Assembly (NCBI GenBank): GCA_963726055.1
Contig: CAVSAP010000001.1
Span: 259,980-323,979 of the forward strand
Direction: 5' to 3'
Length of the DNA: 64,000 nt
From: an uncultured Chloroflexia bacterium
GTDB taxonomy: Bacteria > Chloroflexota > Limnocylindria > Limnocylindrales > CSP1-4
Shown: positions 1 through 9,685 of the stretch, in pieces
Position numbering within the stretch: the first letter of the stretch is position 1
Layout of the letters: the number at the start of each line of letters is the position of its first letter
Position numbers and translations under genes: made by a program
Notes under the pieces: model-generated
Database searches by the model: none
Told to the model about the DNA's origin: nothing
Seen by the model: the letters and a program-made list of their open reading frames with translations, nothing else

Positions 1-422
1 GCGCTCGCCAGGCGTTTGATGTGTCGGTCGACGATCGCCGGGTCGACGACCCGCGCGCTCCGTCCGGCGTTACGGGCGTGCACGACCTCCGGAGGGAGAT
101 CGAGGACGATCGCGACCGCCGGGACGCCGGCCGATCTGGCGCGGGCCACGAGCGCCAGGCGCGCGTGACGCTCGACATTCGTGGCGTCGACCACCACGAC
201 CCTCCCGGCCGCGAGGCGTCGTACGACCTCCCGGTGGAGGATCGAGAACGCGGTTCGCGTCACGCTCTGGGTCGCCTCGTCCCCGCTGAGCTGGGCACGA
301 AACGCGTCGGAGGACAGGATCTCCGAGGGGTCGAAGTGGCGGGCCGCGAACGTCGACTTGCCGGCACCGGCCGGGCCGACCAGGACGACGAGAACCGGAT
401 TGTCGAGGGCGATCGTCGTCAC
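1..422 (-). CDS. AAA-family P-loop kinase (polynucleotide-kinase-like domain), partial; C-terminus lies beyond the window edge
   Basis: Not in the ORF track (GTG start, truncated). My reverse-strand translation from GTG at 422 gives VTTIALDNPVLVVLVGPAGAGKSTFAARHFDPSEILSSDAFRAQLSGDEATQSVTRTAFSILHREVVRRLAAGRVVVVDATNVERHARLALVARARSAGVPAVAIVLDLPPEVVHARN. It has a Walker A GPAGAGKST. The GTG overlaps the upstream stop (GTGA). Confidence 0.7.
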   Translation of the reverse strand, partial: MTTIALDNPVLVVLVGPAGAGKSTFAARHFDPSEILSSDAFRAQLSGDEATQSVTRTAFSILHREVVRRLAAGRVVVVDATNVERHARLALVARARSAGVPAVAIVLDLPPEVVHARNAGRSARVVDPAIVDRHIKRLAS

Positions 423-925
423 GCGGCTCCGTTGCGTGCTCGACCCCCGGTTGATGCGGGCTGGCCCACGGCCGCGAGGCGCGAGGCGTCCACCTCGGCG
501 ACACGCTTGAGATTTGCGTAGGTCTGATTGAACGCCTGCTGGAGCCGGCTGCCGGTCAGCATCCCGAACAGGCTTCCGAGTGGCTCGCCCGGCAGCTCGT
601 ACTCGAGCGAGACCCGGACGTCCGATCCGTCGTCGGCCGGCTCGATGAACGTCGTCCACCGCGTCCACCCGCCGCGTGTCGTTCCGGCGGCCTGGTGGAT
701 CTTCGGGCGCTCTGCGGCAGTGATGACGAAGCGGCCCTCGAGCCTGCGTCCGGCCACCCCGTAGTAGCCCGTGTAGCTCGACCCGACGCCGCCCGGCCGT
801 CCGGAGATCTCACCCATCGCCGCGAGGAGCGTCTGCCATTCAGGAGCGCGTGCCGGGTCCGCGACCAGGTCGAAGACGATCTCGGGCGAGGCGTCCACGT
901 GCAACGTGGTCGACAGATGGCTCAT
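419..925 (-). CDS. SRPBCC family protein (polyketide cyclase/dehydrase-like)
   Basis: C-terminal part of ORF 419..1186. ATG at 925 (MSHLSTTLHVDASPEIVFDLVADPARAPEWQTLL...) fits the SRPBCC N-terminus. The upstream extension is Arg/Pro-rich and not protein-like. Confidence 0.75.
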   Translation of the reverse strand: MSHLSTTLHVDASPEIVFDLVADPARAPEWQTLLAAMGEISGRPGGVGSSYTGYYGVAGRRLEGRFVITAAERPKIHQAAGTTRGGWTRWTTFIEPADDGSDVRVSLEYELPGEPLGSLFGMLTGSRLQQAFNQTYANLKRVAEVDASRLAAVGQPASTGGRARNGAA

Positions 926-990
926 GGTGGTCCCCCCAACCGGTGCGCGCACACTGGTGCCCTGGTTCACGCCCGGATGACCATCGTACG

Positions 991-1857
991 TCAACGAGCG
1001 GCGCGGCGTACCTCCCAACCACTGCCGGATTCGGCGCTGCGCACCTCGTATGCCGGCTGGTCGTACATTGCCGGGCCGCGGGCGACGTGGCCGTCCGCGA
1101 GGCGGAAGCGGGAGCCGTGCCACGGGCATTGGATGCAGTCGTCGACGAGCGTGCCCTCGGCCAGGGGGCCGCCGGCATGGGCGCACGTCTCGTGCAGCGC
1201 GAGGATGGTGTCGCCGGTCCGGACCAGGATGAGCGTGTTCGCGCCCGCCTTTGCCTTGGTCGGCCCGCCTTCCGGGATGTCAGGCAGATCGCCGAGGTCG
1301 AGGGCGACCCACTTGGCCCCGGCCCCGCGCCACGCGTGGCGGTTGACATGCGTCCCGATGAGGTAGACGAGGTCGCCACCGACTGCGGCCCCGAGCGAAA
1401 TGATGAGGTAGCCGACAACGAGGAGGACGAATGGGACGGTCCGATCGATCGGGTTGCCCGCCCGGATTAGCAGCGAGATCGCGAACACGACAAGGGCCGT
1501 CGTCATCAGCACGGAGTGGACCGTTGCACGCATCCGCGCGGTGCCGTCCGTGTCCGTGTAGTCCGCGAGACCGGTGACTGCGGCGGCGAGGATCGACAGG
1601 ACGGCGACGAGGAGCGCCACGTCCGCCGCCACCGGCTGCCCCACGATGTCGAGCACGAGCGCAATGGTCAGGGCGCCGATCGGGACATCTGTCACCGCGG
1701 AGTGAACGGGGTGGCCGAGCCACGTGCCGTTGAGGAAGTCCTTGATGGGTCGGATCGGCCGGAACAGCGCCGACAGCCAGCGATGGTTGAAGTCGCCGAG
1801 GGGTCGGGCCCACCTGGCCTGGGCATCGACGACACGGGTCATGAAGCGACCGATCAT
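991..1857 (-). CDS. DUF2231 membrane domain fused to a Rieske [2Fe-2S] domain
   Basis: ORF 991..1857. It has four predicted TM helices followed by the Rieske ligands CAHAGGPL...CPWHGSRF. Confidence 0.85.
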   Translation of the reverse strand: MIGRFMTRVVDAQARWARPLGDFNHRWLSALFRPIRPIKDFLNGTWLGHPVHSAVTDVPIGALTIALVLDIVGQPVAADVALLVAVLSILAAAVTGLADYTDTDGTARMRATVHSVLMTTALVVFAISLLIRAGNPIDRTVPFVLLVVGYLIISLGAAVGGDLVYLIGTHVNRHAWRGAGAKWVALDLGDLPDIPEGGPTKAKAGANTLILVRTGDTILALHETCAHAGGPLAEGTLVDDCIQCPWHGSRFRLADGHVARGPAMYDQPAYEVRSAESGSGWEVRRAAR

Positions 1858-1878
1858 CTTCGAACCTCCTCGCCGAGT

Positions 1879-2772
1879 CTACGTCCGGCGTCTCCCTGCC
1901 GGTTCTCGGACGCCGCCGCCATGCATCGCCACCAGCGGGATGACCCCGAGCAGCATCGAGATCCCGCCATACCAGAGCGCCGGGAGGGCGAGCATCGAAG
2001 CGACCGGGACCGTCCAGCGGCGGTCGGTTCGGGCGCCCCAGACGACGAGGACGACGGCTGCCGGCAGTCGGATCCAGAGCGGAATCGGCACCGACGCCCA
2101 GGTTCCGCCCTTGCCCACGTTGCTGATGATCACCTCGAACCAGCGCGGCCACGCATCAGGAATCGTGAAGTACGAGACCGCGACGATCGCGGCGGTGGCA
2201 CCCAGGGCGATCGCGAGGGATCGCCACTCACCGCGGACGACGAACCAGAGCAGGCCGATACCCGGCGTGATCTTCGTCAGGAGCACGATCGCCCAGGCGG
2301 CGGGCCAGCGGAATCCGAGGACGATCGCGGCCGCCAGGAGCAGTGAGACATTGCCGCCGGCGATCTCCATCGCGGTGAACGGGAAGAGCAGCCCGGCCGC
2401 GAGCAGCCGCGGCCCGGTGAGGAACCGGGCCGCCCCGATGAGCACGGCCGTCCAGACGGCCATGAACGCCTGCCAGGGCAGCGCCGTGAGCGGCGAGACA
2501 AGCTGGAGGAAGGCCGGCGAGTAGACGTAGGCGATCGGATCGTTCCACGACGAGTGGAGGTACGGATCAGCGAGGGTCGCCTGGTAGTAGCAGCGAGCAT
2601 CCTGGCCGGTTCCCCACAGCCGGCCCCAAGGCTCGGCGAACGCGACCATGAGCGCCCACAGCGCGATCGCGACGACGAGGCCGACCAGCGGCGGCGTCTC
2701 CAGGTCCGAGAGGCGGAATCGCCTGAGCCGCGCACCGATCCCGGCACTCGATGCCCGCGCCAGATCTGTCAT
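1879..2772 (-). CDS. Polytopic membrane glycosyltransferase, GT87/DUF2029-like
   Basis: ORF 1879..3087 trimmed to ATG at 2772 (MTDLARASSAGIGARL...). It is a multi-TM protein with EIAGGNVSLLLAAAIVLG...LLTKITPGIGLLWF, resembling the DUF2029 mannosyltransferase family. The family call is by eye. Confidence 0.6.
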   Translation of the reverse strand: MTDLARASSAGIGARLRRFRLSDLETPPLVGLVVAIALWALMVAFAEPWGRLWGTGQDARCYYQATLADPYLHSSWNDPIAYVYSPAFLQLVSPLTALPWQAFMAVWTAVLIGAARFLTGPRLLAAGLLFPFTAMEIAGGNVSLLLAAAIVLGFRWPAAWAIVLLTKITPGIGLLWFVVRGEWRSLAIALGATAAIVAVSYFTIPDAWPRWFEVIISNVGKGGTWASVPIPLWIRLPAAVVLVVWGARTDRRWTVPVASMLALPALWYGGISMLLGVIPLVAMHGGGVREPAGRRRT

Positions 2773-2782
2773 CGGCCCGATT

Positions 2783-3478
2783 ATGGCGGGGTCGCGTCGT
2801 CCGCTCGGCGCGATCGCCCCGCTGCGTCGCCGGGGTACGAGTCCGGGAATGGAGCGGGATCGAGTCCTCACCGTCGTGCGAGCCGGGTCGGTGGTCCTGG
2901 TCGTGGCCGCGATCGTGGCCCAGGCGGTCACGTTGGTGAACTCGAACGTCTTCGACGCCACACGGTTCTTCGCGTTCTTCACGATCCAGAGCAATCTCAT
3001 CGGCGTTGCGGCATTCGCCTGGCTCCTCGCCAACGGTCGCCGCCCACGGACACGCGGGCTCGAACTGCTGCGCGGCGCCGCTGCCATCTACCTGACCGTC
3101 ACGTTCTTCGTGGTGATGTTCCTGCTCTCGGGCGTGGACGTGCAGCTCCAGCTCGTCTGGGTCGATTTCGTCCTCCACAAGCTCTTCCCGATCATCGTGG
3201 TGCTCGACTGGATCGTCGATCCGCCGACGACGCGGCTGACCTACCGCGATGCCGTGCTGTGGCTCGTGTATCCGCTCATCTGGACGGCGGTCACGCTCGT
3301 TCGCGGGGCGAAGGACGGTTGGTATCCGTATCCGTTCCTCAACCCTGCCAATGGAGGCTACGGTCAGGTCGCCCTGACGGTGGTCGCCGTCATCGTCGCT
3401 TTCGTCCTCATCGCCGGCATCACGATCGCAATCGGGAATGGTCGCAATCGAGCCTCGCCGTTGCCGAACAGCGCATAG
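2783..3478 (+). CDS. Pr6Pr (FAR-17a/AIG1-like) family membrane protein
   Basis: ORF 2648..3478. The FFAFFTIQSNLIGVAAFAWLL motif and 6 TM helices support the call. The start is uncertain (ATG 2783 or ATG 2849). It is divergent from the GT87 gene with only about 10 nt between the start codons. Confidence 0.65.
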   Translation: MAGSRRPLGAIAPLRRRGTSPGMERDRVLTVVRAGSVVLVVAAIVAQAVTLVNSNVFDATRFFAFFTIQSNLIGVAAFAWLLANGRRPRTRGLELLRGAAAIYLTVTFFVVMFLLSGVDVQLQLVWVDFVLHKLFPIIVVLDWIVDPPTTRLTYRDAVLWLVYPLIWTAVTLVRGAKDGWYPYPFLNPANGGYGQVALTVVAVIVAFVLIAGITIAIGNGRNRASPLPNSA

Positions 3479-3490
3479 CGCTGACGGAGA

Positions 3491-4432
3491 TCAGGTGGGG
3501 CGCCGCCGGGTGACGACGATCGCGCCTCCGACGAGGAAGACGAGACCGATCGCAACGTGGGCCACGGCCTCGCGAGCTTCCACCATTCGGTAGCGCTCGC
3601 CGGGGATGATCAAGACGACGTTCGGGTAGCTCGTGCCGAACTCGAAGACCGTCGGATCTTCCCTGGCCAGCTCCTCGAAGGTCAGCAACCGCCCGTCCGG
3701 CAGCTGGATCCAATTGCCGAGCTGCAGGTTGTCGCTCGAGTACGCCGCGTTGTCGTCGCCCGACCGGATCAGCCCCTCGCCGACCATCGCCTGCTTGTGG
3801 ACCTCACCGACGGCCACGATCGACAGGATCCCGAGGATCAGTGCCAGGAGGAACGTCGGCACGGCCCGTCCGAAGAGCGCCCCGACGGCGATCGCGCTCG
3901 ACGCGAGCAGGAACGCCTGCGTCGCCATCAGGGCGCCGCGGAATCGAAAGCCGGTGAACGATTTCGACAAGTCGGCCTGTTGATTGAACGCGCCGGCCAG
4001 GTGATCGGCCGCCACGCCGACGCTGAAGCTCACGGCCACGAGAAGCAGGATCATCGGGACGACACGATGGAGGAACCAGCGGACGCGCGACGGGGACAGC
4101 GACCAGGCGAGTGACGTCGTCCCTCGCTCGATCTCCCGGGCCATGATCGGAGCCCCGATCAGGAGTCCGGCGATGGTCGGGAAGAGCACCATGAGCGTGG
4201 AGATCGGGCCCGCCAGACTGGCAATGCGGCTGAACGCTTCGTATTGCGCGACGCAGGATTGCGGCAGCTCGCCCGTGTCGAACGACGGCACGCAATCGGC
4301 CGGCAGACCGACGTTTGCGAGGGCCCACTCGGCGATGATTGCCCCCACGACGAGCAGGCCGCCGAGGATGACCATCGCGCCGACCTCGAAGCGATGCATC
4401 CGGAACGTGAGCCGGACGATCCGGCGGATCAC
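3491..4432 (-). CDS. ABC-2 type transporter permease
   Basis: C-terminal part of ORF 3491..4762. GTG at 4432 (VIRRIVRLTFRMHRFEVGAMVILGG...) overlaps the ATPase stop (GTGA). The protein is multi-TM. Confidence 0.75.
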   Translation of the reverse strand: MIRRIVRLTFRMHRFEVGAMVILGGLLVVGAIIAEWALANVGLPADCVPSFDTGELPQSCVAQYEAFSRIASLAGPISTLMVLFPTIAGLLIGAPIMAREIERGTTSLAWSLSPSRVRWFLHRVVPMILLLVAVSFSVGVAADHLAGAFNQQADLSKSFTGFRFRGALMATQAFLLASSAIAVGALFGRAVPTFLLALILGILSIVAVGEVHKQAMVGEGLIRSGDDNAAYSSDNLQLGNWIQLPDGRLLTFEELAREDPTVFEFGTSYPNVVLIIPGERYRMVEAREAVAHVAIGLVFLVGGAIVVTRRRPT

Positions 4433-5355
4433 GACGCGACTCCAGGAACGGGCTCGGCGGCCTCGAGCTGTCCTCGCCGGCGCCCGGCCGCGAGATGGCC
4501 GATGACGACCTCCTCGAGCGACGCCGGTCTGCCGACCGGCGGCGGTGCCCCGCTTGCCCTCTCGCCTCCGGTCCCAACGTCGTCCGGTCCCACCCGGACC
4601 AGCGTGAGGCGCTCGTCCGTGGTCGTCGGGAAGGTCCCGATCGTCCCGGGCCGGCCGGCTTCCCAGCTCGGCGCGTCGACGATGCGGTGGTGGGCGAGGG
4701 CATCCTCCACGCTGAGGTCGAGGAGCGTCCGACCCCTCCCGAGCACGATCAGGCGGTCGCACGCCTGCTCGATGTCGGTGATGACGTGCGAGGACAGCAA
4801 CGCCGTATGCCCTTCGCTGCGGACGGCCGTCACGAGCACGTGGAGGAACTCCCGGCGGGCCAGCGGGTCGAGGCTCGCCAGGGGCTCGTCGAGGAGCAGG
4901 ATCCGAGCCTCCGTCCCGAGGGCGAGGGCAAGTCCGACCTGGGCTTGTTCGCCTCCGGACAGCTGGTTCGCCTGGGCTGCGAGCGGGATGCCGAGCCGCT
5001 CGACGTAGCGGCGGGCGAGCTCGGCATTGAAGCCCTGCCGGAGGGTGATCGCGAGCTCGATATGCTCGGCGATGGTCAGCTCCCGGTAGAGCGCCGGCTG
5101 CTGCGGCACGTAGCCGGAACGCAGGACGGCCGCCTTCCGGTGTCGCTGCGGATCGATGCCGGCGATCGCGAGGGACCCTTCGGTCGGCGGCTCGAACCCG
5201 ATCCAGCCCCGGATGAGCGTCGACTTCCCCGATCCGTTCGGACCGACGAGGGCCGTGATGCTGCCCTCGGGAACCGCCAGGTCAAGCCCTCGGAGCGCCC
5301 AGGGCCGGCCGCGGTAGCGCTTCCCATAGCCGTGCGCCTCGAGGACCGCCGCCAT
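4429..5355 (-). CDS. ABC transporter ATP-binding protein
   Basis: ORF 4429..5355. Walker A GPNGSGKST, signature LSGGEQAQV, Walker B LLLDEP. Confidence 0.9.
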   Translation of the reverse strand: MAAVLEAHGYGKRYRGRPWALRGLDLAVPEGSITALVGPNGSGKSTLIRGWIGFEPPTEGSLAIAGIDPQRHRKAAVLRSGYVPQQPALYRELTIAEHIELAITLRQGFNAELARRYVERLGIPLAAQANQLSGGEQAQVGLALALGTEARILLLDEPLASLDPLARREFLHVLVTAVRSEGHTALLSSHVITDIEQACDRLIVLGRGRTLLDLSVEDALAHHRIVDAPSWEAGRPGTIGTFPTTTDERLTLVRVGPDDVGTGGERASGAPPPVGRPASLEEVVIGHLAAGRRRGQLEAAEPVPGVAS

Positions 5356-5710
5356 CCGCCCACCTCAGATTGCCAAGCGCCCGCCCGGCTCCGGCGGATC
5401 GTAGCGGCCGGGCAGCGTCCCGGCGTCTGGCCGTCCGCGACGATGGGCGGTTGATGGCGCTGCGCCATCGAATCAGGTCCGAGCCCCCGCGCTTCAAGGC
5501 CCCTGCTCACCCGTTCACTGCCGGCGGCCATCAAGTCCGGGCCAGGACGGGCCCCACGGACGACAGGGACCGAAGAACGATGACTTTCCGCCATCAAGCC
5601 GCCGCCCGGGTCGGCGTCGTTGGTCACGCGTACGAACGGGCGATGGGACGCGGACCTGCGCGAACGGCTAGGATTGCGCCGGAACCCCTACCCATGAAGC
5701 CTCCCAGTCG

Positions 5711-6706
5711 ATGCCGAACCTGCCGCTCCCACGCCCCCGCCTTCGTCGTGGCGTCTCGGGCAGCGCAGTGCTGCCCGGCGACGTAGAGGTCGCTGACCCG
5801 GAGATCATTGAGGCCAGTGGCCTCCGCTGGATCCACATCGAAGAGCCCCGCCTGGCCCACCGCGAGTGGCTCGAGAAGCATTTCGACTTCCACCCGCTGG
5901 ACTTCGAGGACGTCTACTCCCGGAATCAGCGCCCGAAGCTCGACTCGTACGACGACTACATCTTCATCGTCCTTCACTTCCCGATCTTCGAGAAGGCCTC
6001 CGGGCGCCTGCTGTCGGCCGAGCTCGACCTGTTCATCGGGCCCGACTACCTGATCACCCTGCCCGACACGCCGCTGCCGCCGCTCAGCGCGATGTTCGAT
6101 CGACTCCGGAGCCGCGAGGACCTTCGCGAGCAGAACTTCTCGAAGGGCTCGGGCTACCTCCTCTACAAGATCGTCGACACGAATGTCGACGCGTCGTTCC
6201 CGATGCTTCGCAAGATGGGCAACAAGCTCGACCGGCTCGAGGACGACATCTTCGAGGGGCGGTCGAGCGAGATCGTCCGCGACATCTCGAACGCGAAGCA
6301 GGAGATCATCAACTTCCGGAAGATCGTTCGGCCCCAGCGCGCCGTGCTCCGCGACCTCGAGCGGACCAAGCAGCGCTACCTCGCCGAGGAGCTGGAAATC
6401 TACTTCGACGACATCTCGGACGCCGCCGAGCGGATCTGGGACACGCTCGAGAACTACAAGGAGGTCGTCGAAGCCCTCGAGGGCACGAACGAGAACCTCA
6501 TCTCACACCGTCTGAACGACTCGTTCCGCGTCCTCACCGCGGCCAGCGTCATCCTGCTGCCCCTGACGCTCATCGCCAGCATCTTCGGGATGAACGTCCA
6601 CTTCCCGGGCGAAGGCGAAGAGATCAGCTTCTTCGCGATCCTCGGCCTGATGGTGGTCGTGCTCCTCGCGCTCGTGGTCGTCTTCAGGCGGCGCGGCTGG
6701 CTCTAG
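5711..6706 (+). CDS. corA: Magnesium/cobalt transporter CorA
   Basis: ORF 5711..6706. GMNVHFPG (GMN motif) precedes the last TM helix, with the typical CorA cytoplasmic domain. The exact start is uncertain. Confidence 0.85.
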   Translation: MPNLPLPRPRLRRGVSGSAVLPGDVEVADPEIIEASGLRWIHIEEPRLAHREWLEKHFDFHPLDFEDVYSRNQRPKLDSYDDYIFIVLHFPIFEKASGRLLSAELDLFIGPDYLITLPDTPLPPLSAMFDRLRSREDLREQNFSKGSGYLLYKIVDTNVDASFPMLRKMGNKLDRLEDDIFEGRSSEIVRDISNAKQEIINFRKIVRPQRAVLRDLERTKQRYLAEELEIYFDDISDAAERIWDTLENYKEVVEALEGTNENLISHRLNDSFRVLTAASVILLPLTLIASIFGMNVHFPGEGEEISFFAILGLMVVVLLALVVVFRRRGWL

Positions 6707-6756
6707 CGGCCCACTTCGGAGAGACGCGCTAGAGTCACCGCTCGGACGGTGAGCGG

Positions 6757-8391
6757 ATGACGACCGAGACAATCGATCGAGCCCGAGAAGCCTTCGGCCG
6801 GCAGGCATGGTCGGAGGTCTTCGGGCACCTGTCGGCGCCGGGAGCCGGGGCATCGCTCGATTTCGCGGATCTCGAGCGGCTCGCCATCGCCGCCTACATG
6901 CTCGGCCGTGCGAACGATGCCTTCGATGCAGGCGAGCGTGCCTATCACCAGGCGATTCGCGAGGGTGACATCGCGGGCGCCGCGCGCGCGGGCTTCTGGC
7001 TCGGGTTCGGACTCGTCGAGCGCGGGGAGCAGGCCCGCGGCGGGGGCTGGCTCGCACGCGCGGGACGACTGCTGGAGGAGGACGGCGAGCCCCGCGTCGA
7101 GCAGGGGTACCTGCTCATTCCGGCTGCGATCGGGAGCATGGCCGACGGAGACATCCCCGGTGCCTACGCAACGTTCGAGGCCATCGCCGCGATCGCCGAA
7201 CGATTCTCCGACCTCGACCTGGTGACGCTCGGCCAGCTCGGACGAGGCGAATGCTTGATCGGGATGGGGCAGCGCCGGGCCGGTATCGCGCTGCTCGACG
7301 AGGCGATGCTCGCGGTCACAGCGGGCGAGGTGTCGCCGATGATCGTTGGGATCGTCTATTGCTCCGCGGTCGAGGTGATTCAGCAGGTCTTCGATCTGCG
7401 ACGAGCGCAGGAATGGACGGCTGCGCTTACACGCTGGTGCGATTCACAGCCGGATGCGGTCCCGTATCGCGGCCGCTGCCTCGTGTATCGGACGGAGCTG
7501 ATGGTGCTCCATGGTGCCTGGCACGAGGCCGTCGACGAGGCGCAGCGGGCACGCGATTGGCTTGCCGGACCTCCGGTCGAGCCGGCGATTGGCGAAGCGC
7601 TCTACCAGCAGGCGGAGCTCCATCGATTGCGCGGCTCGTTCGCCGCCGCGGAGTCGGCCTATCGGCAAGGGGCCGAACATGGCCGCCGACCGGAACCCGG
7701 GCTGGCCCTGCTGCGAGTCGCTCAAGGACGACCGGAGGTGGCTGCCGCCGCGATCCGCCGCGCCCTCGATGAGGCGCAGGACGCGATGTCCCGGTCCCGC
7801 CTGCTGGCGCCCAGTGTCGAGATCATGATCGCGGCCGGGGACCTCGAGGCGGCGCGAGCGTCCGCTGACGAGCTTCTTGCCATGTCGGCGGACGCTGGCA
7901 CACCCTTGTTGCTGGCGCTCGCATCGAACGCGGATGGTTGCGTTCGTCTGGCTCAAGGCGACGCGAGAGCGGCGCTCGTGGCGCTGCGCCGCTCATGGGA
8001 GGCATGGCGAGAGCTCGGAGCGCCATACGAGGCGGCCCGGGTCCGGGCTCTCATCGGCCACGCGTGCCGAGCGCTCGGGGACGAGGACACCGCCAGCATC
8101 GAGCTGGATGCCGCACGGGCAGTCTTCCGCGAGCTCGGGGCCGAGCCGGACCTGGTCCGCCTCGACGGCCCGTCGCGCTCGTCGCATCAGACTTCGTTCG
8201 CCGGCCTGACGGCCCGCGAGATCGAGGTTCTCCGGCAGATCGTCGAGGGCAAGACGAATCGCGCGATCGCGGCCGAGCTGGGTATCAGCGAGCGGACCGT
8301 CGATCGCCACGTGAGCAACATCTTCACGAAGCTCGGCGTGTCAACGAGGGCCGCGGCAACCGCCTTCGCCTACGAGCACGACCTGCTCTAG
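6757..8391 (+). CDS. LuxR-family transcriptional regulator with a large helical-repeat N-terminal domain
   Basis: ORF 6757..8391. The C-terminal HTH is LTAREIEVLRQIVEGKTNRAIAAELGISERTVDRHVSNIFTKLGV. Confidence 0.85.
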   Translation: MTTETIDRAREAFGRQAWSEVFGHLSAPGAGASLDFADLERLAIAAYMLGRANDAFDAGERAYHQAIREGDIAGAARAGFWLGFGLVERGEQARGGGWLARAGRLLEEDGEPRVEQGYLLIPAAIGSMADGDIPGAYATFEAIAAIAERFSDLDLVTLGQLGRGECLIGMGQRRAGIALLDEAMLAVTAGEVSPMIVGIVYCSAVEVIQQVFDLRRAQEWTAALTRWCDSQPDAVPYRGRCLVYRTELMVLHGAWHEAVDEAQRARDWLAGPPVEPAIGEALYQQAELHRLRGSFAAAESAYRQGAEHGRRPEPGLALLRVAQGRPEVAAAAIRRALDEAQDAMSRSRLLAPSVEIMIAAGDLEAARASADELLAMSADAGTPLLLALASNADGCVRLAQGDARAALVALRRSWEAWRELGAPYEAARVRALIGHACRALGDEDTASIELDAARAVFRELGAEPDLVRLDGPSRSSHQTSFAGLTAREIEVLRQIVEGKTNRAIAAELGISERTVDRHVSNIFTKLGVSTRAAATAFAYEHDLL

Positions 8392-8535
8392 CGAATGGGC
8401 GAGGTACCCATTCCCCGCCGACCGCCGTTTGGGTAGTTCCGCCGATGCGCGCCTGGTCGCCGTCCCGGTAGGTTCTGGCTGGCGACCGGGGATCCCCTGG
8501 TCGCCTCCGAATCACCACGGACGGGGAGGATCACC

Positions 8536-9678
8536 GTGAGCGCGACGATCGACACGACGGAACGGGTGGAGACGCTGATCATCGGCGGAGGTCAGGCCGG
8601 CCTGGCTGCCGCCTACTACCTCTCGAAGCGCGGTCATCCGTTCCTGATCGTGGACGCGAACGACCGGATCGGCGACCAGTGGCGGCGTCGCTGGGACTCC
8701 CTGAAGCTCTTCAGCCCGGCCCGCTGGGATGGCCTCCCGGGCAAGGAGTTTCCGGCGCCCGGCTGGAGCTATCCATCGGGTCGCCAGATGGCGGACTTCG
8801 TCGAGTCGTACGCAGCCTGGTTCGAGTTCCCCGTCCGAACCGCGACGCGGATTGATCGCCTGATGCGGGCCGGCGACGGCAGCGACGACTTCATCGCGAT
8901 CGCCGGAGACCGGCGGTTCCGGGCGCGCCAGGTCATCGTCGCGACCGGCGCCTTCACCGTGCCGAACGTCCCGGAGGTCGCTGGCCTGCTCGATCCGGCG
9001 ATCCGGCAGATTCACTCCGGCAAGTACCGCAATCCGTCGCAGCTCGCCGAAGGCCCTGTGCTCGTCGTCGGCGTCGGCCACTCCGGCGCCGACATCGCGT
9101 TCGAGGCGGCCGCGACCCATCGGACCATCCTCTCTGGTACGCCGCACGGCGAGGTCCCGTTCCGCGTGCTCGACACCTGGCGAGCCCACGTGTTTCTGCG
9201 AATCCTCGGATTCGCCGAGGGCCACGTACTCACGATCAAGACGCCGATCGGCCGCAAGGCCACCTCGAAATCGCGCGTGCTGGCGGCGCCCCTTCTGCGC
9301 ATTCGCAGCCAGGAGCTTGCGCAGGCCGGCGTGGAGCGGCACGCGGCCAGGGTCGCGAGCGCCCAGGACGGCAAGCCCGTCCTCGAAGACGGCACGGTCC
9401 TCGACGTCGCGAACATCATCTGGGCGACCGGTTTCCGGCCTGACTACACCTGGATCGAGGCGCCGGTGACCGGTGACGACGGCTGGCCGGTGGAGCAGCG
9501 TGGCGTCTCGTCGGTGCCCGGGCTGTACTTCCTCGGCGTCCCGTTCCAATACGGGGTCGATTCGATCCTCATCCACGGAGCCAAGCGCGACGCGAGGTAC
9601 GTCGTGGATCGGATCGCCGAGCGGGTCCGGGCGACGAACGAGGGGCGGCCCATGGCGCGGACGGCCGTCACGACGTAG
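8536..9678 (+). CDS. FAD/NAD(P)-binding flavin monooxygenase-like oxidoreductase
   Basis: ORF 8536..9678. Dinucleotide motifs LIIGGGQAGLAAAYYL and VLVVGVGHSGADIA. SD GGGGAGGA lies upstream of the GTG. Confidence 0.8.
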   Translation: MSATIDTTERVETLIIGGGQAGLAAAYYLSKRGHPFLIVDANDRIGDQWRRRWDSLKLFSPARWDGLPGKEFPAPGWSYPSGRQMADFVESYAAWFEFPVRTATRIDRLMRAGDGSDDFIAIAGDRRFRARQVIVATGAFTVPNVPEVAGLLDPAIRQIHSGKYRNPSQLAEGPVLVVGVGHSGADIAFEAAATHRTILSGTPHGEVPFRVLDTWRAHVFLRILGFAEGHVLTIKTPIGRKATSKSRVLAAPLLRIRSQELAQAGVERHAARVASAQDGKPVLEDGTVLDVANIIWATGFRPDYTWIEAPVTGDDGWPVEQRGVSSVPGLYFLGVPFQYGVDSILIHGAKRDARYVVDRIAERVRATNEGRPMARTAVTT

Positions 9679-9685
9679 TTTTCGA

